Source: Chloroflexota bacterium (GTDB taxonomy: Bacteria > Chloroflexota > Dehalococcoidia > Dehalococcoidales > UBA2162). Taken from it: a stretch of 60,327 nt of DNA. A program made the translations under genes and the position numbers. Under the pieces are notes generated by a model, which was given only the letters and a program-made list of their open reading frames with translations, ran no database searches and had not been told where the DNA came from. The stretch is taken from positions 1-60,327 of the forward strand of contig JAZDPB010000174.1 of the NCBI GenBank assembly GCA_043797985.1. The letters run 5' to 3'. Below, piece by piece: positions 29,161 to 38,779 of this stretch; within the stretch, counting starts at the first letter, position 1, and every line of letters begins with the position of its first letter.

Positions 29161-29955
29161 CTATTTCCCTTTCCAAACAGGCGGTCTCTTCTCCACGAAG
29201 GCTTTAAACCCTTCCATCATGTCCCCACTATTTCTTACGCCGTTGATGACATGGTCTGCTAAAGATAAGGCATCGGTGCGGTTCATGTCCCTGCCTCTTA
29301 GTAGCAGTTCCTTAACTCCTCTCATCGCCGTGGGGCTGTTTTTGCATATCCTCTCCGCTAGCTCTGTTGCTGCAGGCATAAGCTGCTCTGGAGAAACTAC
29401 GCGGTTTATGAGTCCTATCTCGTAAGCTCTTTGGGCACTGATAAAATCAGTGGTAATGAGCATTTCGGAGGCGACCCCCCGGGGAATAAAGTGCGGGAGA
29501 ACGGCGGTAAAGGTTGCTGGCATGCCTATTCTCGGCTCAGGGATGCCAAATTGAGCGTTATTGGTGGCAATCCTGATATCGCTTTCCAGTGCCAGCCATA
29601 AGCCTCCACCAAGACAATATCCGTTGATGGCGGCGATAATGGGTTTCCAAACTTCATAACTTGTAGGAGCGGCACGGAAAGCAGGCGCTGTTTTCATCGA
29701 GGCACCCACCCTTGTCTGGTGGGTGCGTTCCCTCCTCTCAAGCGAGTCCACATCCGCTGCGATGTCGACCCCGGAGCAGAATGCTTTCCCTGCGCCAGTC
29801 AATACACCCACCCATACGTCATCATTGTCTCTAAAATCCATCCAGACATTCACTAATTCATCGACAAGAGCAGGGCTGAGGGCATTCAACTTCTCTGGTC
29901 GGTTCAAGGTAATGTAGGCTATTCTTCCCTTCTTCTCATAGTTCACCAGCGACAT
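29161..29955 (-). CDS. enoyl-CoA hydratase/isomerase (crotonase) family protein
   Basis: 264 aa. ITLNRPEKLNAL and the oxyanion-hole motif GAGKAFCSGVD. Substrate not assignable. Confidence 0.82.
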   Translation of the reverse strand: MSLVNYEKKGRIAYITLNRPEKLNALSPALVDELVNVWMDFRDNDDVWVGVLTGAGKAFCSGVDIAADVDSLERRERTHQTRVGASMKTAPAFRAAPTSYEVWKPIIAAINGYCLGGGLWLALESDIRIATNNAQFGIPEPRIGMPATFTAVLPHFIPRGVASEMLITTDFISAQRAYEIGLINRVVSPEQLMPAATELAERICKNSPTAMRGVKELLLRGRDMNRTDALSLADHVINGVRNSGDMMEGFKAFVEKRPPVWKGK

Positions 29956-30054
29956 AGACTACCTCCTACACATGTTAACGTTCTGCTACCTGTGAATTAG
30001 TATACGACACCTTGCTTGTCTAATCAAGGTTAGAAATTGTTCCCCTTTTACTCA

Positions 30055-30275
30055 ATCTTAGTCGTTGGTGTCATTGCGAGCGAGGGGAAGTAATCTTGTC
30101 CCTATCTTTTAGTTTGCTTCGTCACTTCGCTCCTCGCAACGTTATGTCTATTCTATCTCATCCCATCCTCCTTTATTCTCTTCTCTTGTTGTTTTACGTG
30201 TCATTGCGAGTCCGCCGAAGGCGGACGTGGCAATCCGGATGAGCGGGGATGAGTTTGAGAAGAACCGACTGTTTA
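30055..30275. repeat. interspersed repeat (two GTCATTGCGAG-type modules)
   Basis: CTTAGTCGTTGGTGTCATTGCGAG (30055-30079) matches 11058-11081. GTCATTGCGAGTCCGCCGAAGGCGGACGTGGCAATC (30199-30235) matches the reverse complement of 11170-11212. Confidence 0.75.
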
Positions 30276-30339
30276 GTAACCTTGGATTATCAGAGGAGCG
30301 GAATTATAACCTTTGACATAGTATAGCCTGTCGCATATA

Positions 30340-30597
30340 ATGGGTTCGATTGTAATTGTGGAGGATAAAGCCTTGGCTAAGGGAGATGCCGCGGGAGTAG
30401 GCGAAGAAGCACAGGATATTCAACGTCTTAGCAAGCGCCTTGATGTATTGGACGAACGGTTGGATAACATTGATTCGATGGTTACTGCGGTCGCTGAAAG
30501 AGTAATGAGCCAACTTGTTACTCTTGTCATAACCTGTCCTCACTGTGGTAAGGATGTTGAAGTTGCTATCATCGGCAATCAGAAGCCAAGGCGATAG
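30340..30597 (+). CDS. hypothetical 85-aa protein with coiled-coil segment and CPHCG motif
   Basis: Track ORF only. No clear Shine-Dalgarno sequence and no family recognised. Confidence 0.3.
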   Translation: MGSIVIVEDKALAKGDAAGVGEEAQDIQRLSKRLDVLDERLDNIDSMVTAVAERVMSQLVTLVITCPHCGKDVEVAIIGNQKPRR

Positions 30598-30813
30598 GAT
30601 AGAAGGAATTGAGGGAGGCACAAAGAATTGCTCCCAAACTGAGGACAGACATCCGAAAATACGAGACGGAGAGTAATACTAAATTTAAAGGTCCCTTTTG
30701 GCCTCACTTGAGATGTCTGTGTTGTCCATCCTCTTTTTTCGGTTGCTCCATTGCGAGGAAATCTCTAGACGCTGCCCGGAAGAAAACCTCGGCAAAGTGA
30801 GGTATTTGCTACC

Positions 30814-32016
30814 TTAACTCCTGACGGCGACTCTCTTTTGGTCCAGTTTGAACCTCACTCCCAGTCTTCTTATAGCCTGGTCCAAACCATCGACAGTAAG
30901 CGGAAACATGGGGAAGAGTTCTCCGATAGCTTGAACTGTGGGGTGAATCCAGAAACGTGGCTCTTCTGGATTTAACCAGACGGAATGAGTGAAACGCTTG
31001 GCGATGCGTTTGAGCCAGACGAGCCCTGGTGTATCGTTACGGTCGTAGTAATTGATTGCCCCGTACCTGTCCGTAAGCTCCCAGGGACCCATACTAGCAT
31101 CTCCAACCAGTATCAGCTTGTAGTCGGGCTCCAGAATAGTTAGGAGATGGTTAGTATCTATTGACTCCTGTCTCTCGATATCTCGATATAGGTTGTCGTA
31201 GATACAGTTGTGGAAATAGTAGTATTGGAAATCTTTAAAATGAGAGCTTGAGTTAGCTGCTGAAAATAGTTGACTGCACAAGAGAGCAAATGGTTCCATA
31301 GAACCACCGACATCCATTAACAGGAGCACTTTAACTGTATTCTTTCGGCTTCGCCGCCACATTAACTCAATCTCACCAAAGTTCTTGGCGGTAGCATCGA
31401 TGGTTTCTTCTAAATCTAACTCATCCTCAGGGCCGATTCGGTTGAGCTGCCGTAGTTTCTTCAGGGCTACTTTTATCTGGCGAACATCAAGTGTCAAATC
31501 ATTGCGGTAGTTTCGGAATCTTCTCTCCTGAGCGATTTGTACCGCATGCCTGCCCCTTGATTCGCCACCGATTCTAATGCCAGCGGGGTGATATCCAGAG
31601 TGCCCGAAAGGAGAGGTTCCTCCCCTACCGACCCAGTAATTACCACCATCATGTTGCCCGGTCTGCTCTTTCAGCCGCTTTTCCAGTTCCCTGAGCAACT
31701 CGTCGAGGTTCATGTTAGCAAGTAAAGCTTGCTGCTCTTCGGTAAGAGCCGGCCAGTCTGGGATGTCCTTAAGCCATTCCATTAGCTGGTCCGAAATTTC
31801 AGCCGGGATTTCTATTCCATTGAAATATTCCTGGAATGCCTCGTCATAATGGTCGAAGTAGGCTTCGCTTTTGACCAGCATCGCTCTTGCCAGAAAGTAG
31901 AATTCATCCAGATTTGTGATACAACCCTTAGCAAGAGCTTCCATAAGGGTCATCCACTCCGTAAGTGAGACTGGCACCTTTCTTTTTCTGAGAATATAGA
32001 AAAAGTCAGTGAACAT
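30814..32016 (-). CDS. VWA-domain protein of the CoxE-like type
   Basis: 400 aa. C-terminal VWA region with a MIDAS-like motif (LLMDVGGSM) and an N-terminal helical region typical of VWA_CoxE proteins. It lies 3 nt downstream of its AAA+ partner. Confidence 0.7.
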   Translation of the reverse strand: MFTDFFYILRKRKVPVSLTEWMTLMEALAKGCITNLDEFYFLARAMLVKSEAYFDHYDEAFQEYFNGIEIPAEISDQLMEWLKDIPDWPALTEEQQALLANMNLDELLRELEKRLKEQTGQHDGGNYWVGRGGTSPFGHSGYHPAGIRIGGESRGRHAVQIAQERRFRNYRNDLTLDVRQIKVALKKLRQLNRIGPEDELDLEETIDATAKNFGEIELMWRRSRKNTVKVLLLMDVGGSMEPFALLCSQLFSAANSSSHFKDFQYYYFHNCIYDNLYRDIERQESIDTNHLLTILEPDYKLILVGDASMGPWELTDRYGAINYYDRNDTPGLVWLKRIAKRFTHSVWLNPEEPRFWIHPTVQAIGELFPMFPLTVDGLDQAIRRLGVRFKLDQKRVAVRS

Positions 32017-32019
32017 TAT

Positions 32020-32874
32020 CTATCGCCGCCGATTGCCTATACCAATCTTGGTCATATAGTTATTGACGAAATAATCATAGTCCGTCTCTTTCTTTAGCAG
32101 GGTACCGGCAAAGGGAATCTCCTTGGAGATGTTCTCGTGAGGTATGCCGCCCGCAGCCAGAGCTTGAATCCAGTCTATAAGTTCACTGGTCGATGGTTTC
32201 TTCCTCAGCGTATCGATATTCCTGAGCGAGTAGAAAGTCTTCATGGCTTCACGCAGGAGGCTGGTCTGAATACTCGGGAAGTGTACCCGGACGATTTCCT
32301 CCATCAGATTCGGGTCGGGGAACTCGATATAGTGGAATATGCAACGCCGCAAGAAGGCGTCGGGGAGTTCTTTCTCAGCATTGCTGGTAATTACTGTTAT
32401 CGGCCGATGAATGGCAGTAATAGTCTCATTAGTCTCGGGAATGTAAAAACTCATTTCATCCAGTTCGTTTAAGAGGTCATTGGGGAACTCGATGTCTGCC
32501 TTATCTACTTCATCAATCAGAAGGACTACTTGCTCAGGAGAAGAGAATGCCTGTCCTAATTTGCCCAGTTTAATGTAGTGCTTAATGTCCGAAACGTCTC
32601 TATCATCGAACCGGCTGTCATTAAGTCTTTGCACGGTATCATAGACATATAGCCCCTCTTGGGCTTTGGTGGTTGATTTTATGTTCCAGGTAATCAATTT
32701 CTTCTCCAACCCACGAGCTATACTGTGTGCCAGTAGCGTTTTTCCTGTTCCTGGCTCTCCCCTGATTAATAGGGGTCTCCCCAAAGCGATAACTATATTG
32801 ACTGCGTTCCTCAAGGGTTCAGAAGTAACATACTCAGGTGAGCCTTTGAATTGGTCAAAACCATTGTCTTTCAC
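32020..32874 (-). CDS. MoxR/CoxD-like AAA+ ATPase
   Basis: 284 aa. Walker A GEPGTGKT, Walker B LLIDEVDKA, sensor RRC. Confidence 0.8.
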   Translation of the reverse strand: MKDNGFDQFKGSPEYVTSEPLRNAVNIVIALGRPLLIRGEPGTGKTLLAHSIARGLEKKLITWNIKSTTKAQEGLYVYDTVQRLNDSRFDDRDVSDIKHYIKLGKLGQAFSSPEQVVLLIDEVDKADIEFPNDLLNELDEMSFYIPETNETITAIHRPITVITSNAEKELPDAFLRRCIFHYIEFPDPNLMEEIVRVHFPSIQTSLLREAMKTFYSLRNIDTLRKKPSTSELIDWIQALAAGGIPHENISKEIPFAGTLLKKETDYDYFVNNYMTKIGIGNRRR

Positions 32875-33052
32875 TACTCAATTACCTCCTAAAGGTCGTC
32901 AAACAGAGAATTTTTATCTAGCGTGAAAGCCATCTATTAAAAGCATTTGATTTCTGCCACGCCAACAGTAAATTATACAGGAATTGGTGACTGGAATCAA
33001 ACAATAGCTTGTGAACCTGGTGAATTTCTTGTATTATGTTTAATGTTTACGG

Positions 33053-33129
33053 GGCGCATTCGTCTAGGGGTTTAGGACACCTCCCTCTCAAGGAGGAGAT
33101 CACCGGTTCGAATCCGGTATGCGCTACCA
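33053..33129 (+). tRNA. tRNA-Glu (anticodon CTC)
   Basis: GGCGCAT acceptor (G1-U72), anticodon stem CCTCC/GGAGG with loop CTCTCAA, T arm ACCGG-TTCGAAT-CCGGT, CCA encoded. Confidence 0.88.
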
Positions 33130-33203
33130 AAGAAAAAATACCCCCTGTTTCGAGAGCTAAATTTTCCTAAAAGGGGTTTGTTGTAGTAGGGAATGGAATA
33201 ACA

Positions 33204-34100
33204 ATGGCAGTTGTAGCAAGTGTCTGGAGGTTAGACTTAGTATTGCTCTCATGGCTGAGGAAGATAAAGGGAGCCATGAGGAATGCCCCGTGGTGGGCAG
33301 TGGTGATTTTGGTTACCTTTTTGATTATGGGAGCATTCGGCACCTATATTGCGCCGCAGGACCCCATCGAGGTTCACCTTAAAGACGCACTAACTCCTCC
33401 TTTCTTTCAGGAAGGTGGGAGCATGAAATACCCGCTGGGCACAGATGCCCTGGGGAGGGACATCCTGAGCCGGCTGATAGTCGGTACCAGTGTCTCACTA
33501 AGGGTAGGTTTCGGTGTGGTGTGTTTTACCCAGACTATCGCATGTCTGGTCGCTCTTGCCTCAGGCTATATGGGGGGACGGGTAGACATAGTTCTGATGA
33601 GAATCGTCGATACCTCTATGGCCCTCCCGTTTATTATGATTGCTCTTGTTCTGGCTTCTGTTCTCGGACCAAGCCTGATGAACATCATTATCATCTTTTC
33701 CGTACTGGGCTGGGATAATCCTTCCAGGATATTGCGCTCACAGGTATTAAGGTATGGAAAATCAGACTTTGTACGCCTGGCGATTGTTGCCGGTGCTAGC
33801 AAGGCAAGGATTATGTTCTTACACATTTTCCCCAACATTCTGAATACGCTGGTGATTCTGGCTACTCTCCAGATTGGCTCAGTCATTATTGCCGAATCCA
33901 CCCTGAGTTTCCTGGGGCTGGGTGTGCCACCACCCTCACCATCCTGGGGTTCAATGCTGGCTGACGGCAGGTCACACATCTTTCATGCCTGGTGGCTTTG
34001 TGTCTGGCCTGGGGTATGCATATCTATGGTGGTATTGAGCTGCAATTTCCTAGGAGATTGGCTGAGGGTTCGTTTGGACCCCAAGTTCAGACAGTTATAG
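33204..34100 (+). CDS. ABC transporter permease, DppC/OppC/NikC-like
   Basis: 298-aa ORF (likely start 33276, MRNAPWWAVV...). N-terminal YIAPQDP motif and a BPD_transp_1 core. No adjacent partner permease, ATPase or binding protein. Confidence 0.78.
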   Translation: MAVVASVWRLDLVLLSWLRKIKGAMRNAPWWAVVILVTFLIMGAFGTYIAPQDPIEVHLKDALTPPFFQEGGSMKYPLGTDALGRDILSRLIVGTSVSLRVGFGVVCFTQTIACLVALASGYMGGRVDIVLMRIVDTSMALPFIMIALVLASVLGPSLMNIIIIFSVLGWDNPSRILRSQVLRYGKSDFVRLAIVAGASKARIMFLHIFPNILNTLVILATLQIGSVIIAESTLSFLGLGVPPPSPSWGSMLADGRSHIFHAWWLCVWPGVCISMVVLSCNFLGDWLRVRLDPKFRQL

Positions 34101-34126
34101 GTTTGAAGAGGGGAATTGTTCCAAAG

Positions 34127-34744
34127 CTAGAACAACTTCGTGCTAATCTCTACCCCATCAAAACCAACATCAATGTACTCGCTTTTGTATCTACCTGAGT
34201 TTCTAACGTAGTCCAGGTAGTCGCGCATTTCATGGCCAAACACTTTAACGTTGTCGGCAAAAACTACACCACCTGTTTTTAACTTCTCTTCGGAAAGTCT
34301 GAGGTAGTCGAAATATTCTCCCTTAGAGGCATCAAGGAAAATCATGTCGAAGCTACCGTTTATGCTGGGTATCACCGTTATGGCGTTACCAGTATGTATT
34401 TCGACTTTGTCAGCAAGCCCGGCTTTCCGTATGTTCTCTTCTGCCAGCTTTGCTGAACTTGCGTTTATTTCGATGGTGACAATCCTCCCATCTTGAGGAA
34501 GGGTTTTTGCCATGAGAATTGCCGAATATCCAATTAGTGTCCCAACCTCTAAAACATTTTTCACATGGGACCTTTTGATAGTGTCGACAAGATACTTGCC
34601 CTTTTTCGGCCCGATGATGGGCAAGAACGCCTCTTTCGCAAGCGTTTCAATTTCTCTTAAAACAGCATCGCCTTCCATCGGTGGTTTGACCTTGTTAAAT
34701 TTATTGCCTATCGTATCCTGGACGATGATTTGTCCTTTTTTCAC
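34127..34744 (-). CDS. class I SAM-dependent O-methyltransferase (caffeoyl-CoA OMT-like)
   Basis: 205 aa. SAM motif VLEVGTLIGYS and acidic FLDASK motif. Confidence 0.78.
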   Translation of the reverse strand: MKKGQIIVQDTIGNKFNKVKPPMEGDAVLREIETLAKEAFLPIIGPKKGKYLVDTIKRSHVKNVLEVGTLIGYSAILMAKTLPQDGRIVTIEINASSAKLAEENIRKAGLADKVEIHTGNAITVIPSINGSFDMIFLDASKGEYFDYLRLSEEKLKTGGVVFADNVKVFGHEMRDYLDYVRNSGRYKSEYIDVGFDGVEISTKLF

Positions 34745-34881
34745 GCATATTATCCTACAAGAATGCGTATTAAGTAGTCATAACATCGGCATCAGAAAAG
34801 TTACAGAATTATAACATTTGAAGAAAGTTACAAAGATTCATTTGGAACAGGCTGTCTTGATAATTTGACTGATGAGAGGCG

Positions 34882-35388
34882 ATGTATTATTCTTTTAATG
34901 AAATTAGTTTTCAATTACAGGCATATATGAAACTTACAGAGAATAAGATAGCAGGAATTCTCAGGAAGCACGGAAATAAGCTGACCCCCCAACGGCACCT
35001 GATACTGAAAGTTATTGCCTCGAGCCATGACCACCTAACCCCGGAAGTTATATATGAGAAGTCGCGGTTAGCAGACCCTGGCATCGGACGGGTTACTGTT
35101 TACCGTACTCTTGAGCTACTGAGCAAACTTGACCTGGTGTGCAAAGTCCATACCGAGAATGGATGCCGCAGTTACATGATGAGAAGACCTACGGAACATC
35201 ACCATCATCTGGTTTGCTCCGGGTGTGGTAGGGTGGTAGATTTCACCAATTGTAGTCTGGTCGAGACGGAGAAAAAATTGTCTCAGGAAAGTGGATTCGA
35301 CATCAAAGGGCATCTGCTTGAATTCTACGGACTCTGTCATAATTGTGTCACCAACAGCTCGGATTCGTTTCGTTCTGGATTGTTATGA
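34882..35388 (+). CDS. Fur-family metalloregulator (Zur/Fur-like)
   Basis: 168-aa ORF (likely start 34927, MKLTENK...). Winged helix (LTPQRHLILKVI), HHHHLVCSGCG and CHNC metal sites. It precedes a metal ABC importer. Confidence 0.85.
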   Translation: MYYSFNEISFQLQAYMKLTENKIAGILRKHGNKLTPQRHLILKVIASSHDHLTPEVIYEKSRLADPGIGRVTVYRTLELLSKLDLVCKVHTENGCRSYMMRRPTEHHHHLVCSGCGRVVDFTNCSLVETEKKLSQESGFDIKGHLLEFYGLCHNCVTNSSDSFRSGLL

Positions 35389-35429
35389 CGAAGACGTATA
35401 TGCAATCCGTCCAGGTTGAGGAGAGGTAA

Positions 35430-36323
35430 ATGAAGGGAAAATACATAATACTTGCTGTGCTTGGTTTTTCCCTTATTCTGAGTGCATTATCCTGCCAGCC
35501 TGTAGCTACCGGGTCAAAGAAATCCATTGTCGTTACTTATTCCGTTCTCGGTTCTGTGGTGAGGGAATTGGTCGGGGATAAGGCAACCGTTATTGTCCCG
35601 ATGCCCAATGGACTTGACCCCCATGAATGGGAGCCATCGGCGAAGGATATTGAAGCGATAAACAAAGCAGACCTCGTCATCGAAAACGGGCTTGGGCTTG
35701 AAGGTGGCATGGAGAAGGCACTTGAGGCAGCAAAAAGCAAGGGAGTCAGGTTCTTTACGGCTTCAGATTATATTACGGTGCGACATGTGGGAACTGATGA
35801 GGGAATTCCCTCTGGTACCCTCGACCCACACCTGTGGCCCGACCCGCTTACTATGAAGAGTATCGTCAGTGCCCTTGTTCCAGCTCTGCTCAAAGAGCTA
35901 AATCTGGATGTTACTACGCAAGCGAGCGATTTGGAAAACCGGCTGGATAGCTTGAATATGGAGGTTGCCAATATTGTGGCAACCATACCTCAGCCAGACC
36001 GCAAGCTGGTCACCGGCCACGAGTCGCTGGGGTATTTTGCCCAGCGCTATGGCTTTAAGGTAGTTGGTGTCATTATTCCCAGCCTGTCTTCGCAGGCAGA
36101 GGTATCTGCGGCGGACCTGGCAGCCCTCAAGAAAGCAATCCTGGATAACCAGGTCAAGGTGATATTTACTGAGCTTGGCACATCGCCGGCGGTGGCTAAA
36201 ACTATCGGTGATGAGACCGGGGTTAAGGTAATTGAACTCAACACTCATACCCTACCCGGTGATGGCTCGTATTTTACATTTATGCGTGACCTCGCTGGTG
36301 CTATTACTAATGCATTGAAATAG
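35430..36323 (+). CDS. metal (Zn/Mn-type) ABC transporter substrate-binding lipoprotein, cluster A-I
   Basis: 297 aa. Signal peptide with LSALSC lipobox-like Cys, and metal ligand motifs DPHEWEPS and DPHLW. There is no His-rich loop, so metal specificity stays open. Confidence 0.82.
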   Translation: MKGKYIILAVLGFSLILSALSCQPVATGSKKSIVVTYSVLGSVVRELVGDKATVIVPMPNGLDPHEWEPSAKDIEAINKADLVIENGLGLEGGMEKALEAAKSKGVRFFTASDYITVRHVGTDEGIPSGTLDPHLWPDPLTMKSIVSALVPALLKELNLDVTTQASDLENRLDSLNMEVANIVATIPQPDRKLVTGHESLGYFAQRYGFKVVGVIIPSLSSQAEVSAADLAALKKAILDNQVKVIFTELGTSPAVAKTIGDETGVKVIELNTHTLPGDGSYFTFMRDLAGAITNALK

Positions 36324-36330
36324 GGGAATT

Positions 36331-37182
36331 ATGGACGTACTGGTAACTCCATTCTCAACCAACAGCTTCATGCTTCAAGCTCTGATTGCTGGTATTCTTG
36401 TCTCGATTGCTTGTGCCATTGCCGGTACCTTTATCATTCTACGTGGATTAGCTTTCATCGGCGATGCACTTGCTCATGGCGTATTGCCCGGCATTGCGGT
36501 AGCAATTCTCGTAGGTTTCCCGGGAATAATCGGGGCGGCAATCGGCGCTGCCTTCATGATTGGGGGCATCACCCTGATTACACGACGGTCAAGATTATCT
36601 TCTGATACTGCCATAGGATTGCTCTTCGTTGGGATGTTGTCTCTCGGTGTGGTTATCGTGTCGCGCTCCAGTTCTTTCAGCGGTGACCTCATCCGAATAT
36701 TGTTTGGTGAGATTCTGGGTATTAGCATCCAGTCCATATTGATTCAACTCGTAGCCACGATAGCGATTATTGCGATAGCGATTGTTTGTGCTCGTCCATT
36801 CCTGCTGCTGAGTTTTGACCCTGAGCAGGCAGAAGTCGCCGGTTTCCCCGTCCGTCTCTATCATAATGTCATGCTTTTTATGATTGCGATTACAGTTATT
36901 GTATCCTTTCAGACGGTGGGCACTTTGCTGGTCTTTGGTTTGCTTATCGCACCGGCCGGTGCTGGCGCACTCCTTGCCCGGCGCATTCAGGTAATGATGG
37001 CATGGGCAGTACTCTTCGGAGCGCTGTCAATGTATGGCGGTTTATTGATTAGTTATCACTTTGACTTGGCGGCGGGAGCAGCTATAATATTAGTAGCTAT
37101 AGTCATCTTTTTTGTCGTATTCATTTTGCAGAATTTACGGTATCGTCGAGTTACTCCTCTGCAGGAGATAAAACATGGATAG
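36331..37182 (+). CDS. metal ABC transporter permease (ABC-3 family)
   Basis: 283 aa, 8-9 TM segments, typical ZnuB/MntB-like sequence (GDALAHGVLPGIA). Confidence 0.85.
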   Translation: MDVLVTPFSTNSFMLQALIAGILVSIACAIAGTFIILRGLAFIGDALAHGVLPGIAVAILVGFPGIIGAAIGAAFMIGGITLITRRSRLSSDTAIGLLFVGMLSLGVVIVSRSSSFSGDLIRILFGEILGISIQSILIQLVATIAIIAIAIVCARPFLLLSFDPEQAEVAGFPVRLYHNVMLFMIAITVIVSFQTVGTLLVFGLLIAPAGAGALLARRIQVMMAWAVLFGALSMYGGLLISYHFDLAAGAAIILVAIVIFFVVFILQNLRYRRVTPLQEIKHG

Positions 37183-38035
37183 CCAAAAGAATGCCTTGTC
37201 AACGGGAAGTACCAATACCCTTGAATTGACCTCTAACGGTACTCCTTTTGTTGCCGCAGAAAATCTCAATATTGGTTATTCTAACGAAGTCATTGTCGAA
37301 GGTATTAATTTTGAGTTGGGTTCCGGAGAGGCGTTCGCTCTCATCGGTACGAATGGTTCTGGAAAGTCCACTCTCCTCAAGACAATTGTGGGGCTGCTTC
37401 CAACTATGGGGGGTCGGTTATCAGTATTTGGGACACCTCCAGGCAAGAATCACGAAAGAATAGCCTACCTTGGCCAGTTTCACCGCACAGGGTTTGTCTT
37501 GCCGCTTCGCACAATCGATGTCGTGCGCATGGGCCGGTTTCCACAATACGGCTTGTGGAAACGAATGGGCCGACAGGATGAAGAAATTGTCCTATCTGCT
37601 ATGAGAATGATGGGTATCGAAAAGCTAGCAAATGTTCCGCTACGCTCGTTATCGGGTGGGCAACAGCAGCGAACCTACCTTGCTCAGGTGCTGGCTCATC
37701 AGGCAAGCTTGCTTGTGCTTGACGAGCCAACTGCGGGGCTGGATGCTGGCGGACGTGAACTCTACTTGCACGCCCTCAATGATGAGCTGTACCGGGGAGC
37801 CTCGGTAATAATTGCCACTCATGACATTCATGAAGAAGCGGCTCTTTGCCGGCAGGTGATGCTCCTGGCTCGTAAGGTGGTCGCTCTCGGTGCACCACAG
37901 CAGGTCATCACGCCCGAGGCTTTGCTGGAGACCTTCGGCATTGTCGTCACCGGCGAGAAACACGTTCAAGTGCTTGAGTGTCAGCATAAAGATGAAGGCA
38001 GTCTGGAACTTGGACTTAATGTCCCGGGACGCTAG
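37175..38035 (+). CDS. metal ABC transporter ATP-binding protein
   Basis: 286 aa. Walker A GTNGSGKST, signature LSGGQQQR, Walker B LLVLDEPT. It overlaps the permease gene by 8 nt. Confidence 0.88.
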   Translation: MDSQKNALSTGSTNTLELTSNGTPFVAAENLNIGYSNEVIVEGINFELGSGEAFALIGTNGSGKSTLLKTIVGLLPTMGGRLSVFGTPPGKNHERIAYLGQFHRTGFVLPLRTIDVVRMGRFPQYGLWKRMGRQDEEIVLSAMRMMGIEKLANVPLRSLSGGQQQRTYLAQVLAHQASLLVLDEPTAGLDAGGRELYLHALNDELYRGASVIIATHDIHEEAALCRQVMLLARKVVALGAPQQVITPEALLETFGIVVTGEKHVQVLECQHKDEGSLELGLNVPGR

Positions 38036-38056
38036 AGACCTTGTTGGGGAGATACG

Positions 38057-38779
38057 ATGCGTATTCTGGTGCTATGCCAGGGGCATTACGGTGAGAGAAT
38101 AATCGAGCACATTAAGAAATCTGGACCAAAAGACTGGGTGCTTGAGGTTATCACTACGCCACGTGTTTTGCCTATGGTTATAGATGAGCCGGAAGAGTTT
38201 ATACCCTCCAATATACCTCAGGCTAATCTATTACTGGCAATGAGTGAATCGCCTGAGACGGCGCAGCTTGTGCCGGCGATAGCCAGGCTCTCAAAGGTTG
38301 AAGCGGTAATTATGCCGGTTGATAACTCGGCATGGCTGCCTCCCGGTCTGAAGAACCAGTTGCAGAGTGATATTGTTAAAACCGGCGTATCCGTTGTCTT
38401 TCCCAAGACCTTTTGTACACTCACCGAAGAGACTGCTAGCTATGGTGGCGATATCGAAAGATATGATAGCCGGTGTATCGCGCATTTTGCCAGATACTTT
38501 GGTAAGCCGAAGCTGAAGATTAAGGTTGATGCTCAGAGTGGCAGAATAGCAGATGTCAAGGTAGAGCGGAGTGCTCCCTGTGGTTCTACCCATTACGTTG
38601 CCGAAAAGTTAGCGGGTGTACCCATAAACGAAGCAATACCACAAGCAGGTTTGCACGCTCATCATTATCCCTGTCTTGCCTCAATGCAGATGGAGCCGAA
38701 TGGCGAAACGCTTATGCATATCTCGGGATATGTGGTGAATGACGAGGTCAAGCGAGAACTGGAGAACAGGTTGGCATGA
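38057..38779 (+). CDS. DUF166-family protein
   Basis: 240 aa. The overall pattern (MRILVLCQGHYGERI..., APCGSTHY, HAHHYPCLASM) matches what I recall of the archaeal/Dehalococcoidia DUF166 family. Last intact gene of the metal-uptake operon. Confidence 0.6.
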   Translation: MRILVLCQGHYGERIIEHIKKSGPKDWVLEVITTPRVLPMVIDEPEEFIPSNIPQANLLLAMSESPETAQLVPAIARLSKVEAVIMPVDNSAWLPPGLKNQLQSDIVKTGVSVVFPKTFCTLTEETASYGGDIERYDSRCIAHFARYFGKPKLKIKVDAQSGRIADVKVERSAPCGSTHYVAEKLAGVPINEAIPQAGLHAHHYPCLASMQMEPNGETLMHISGYVVNDEVKRELENRLA

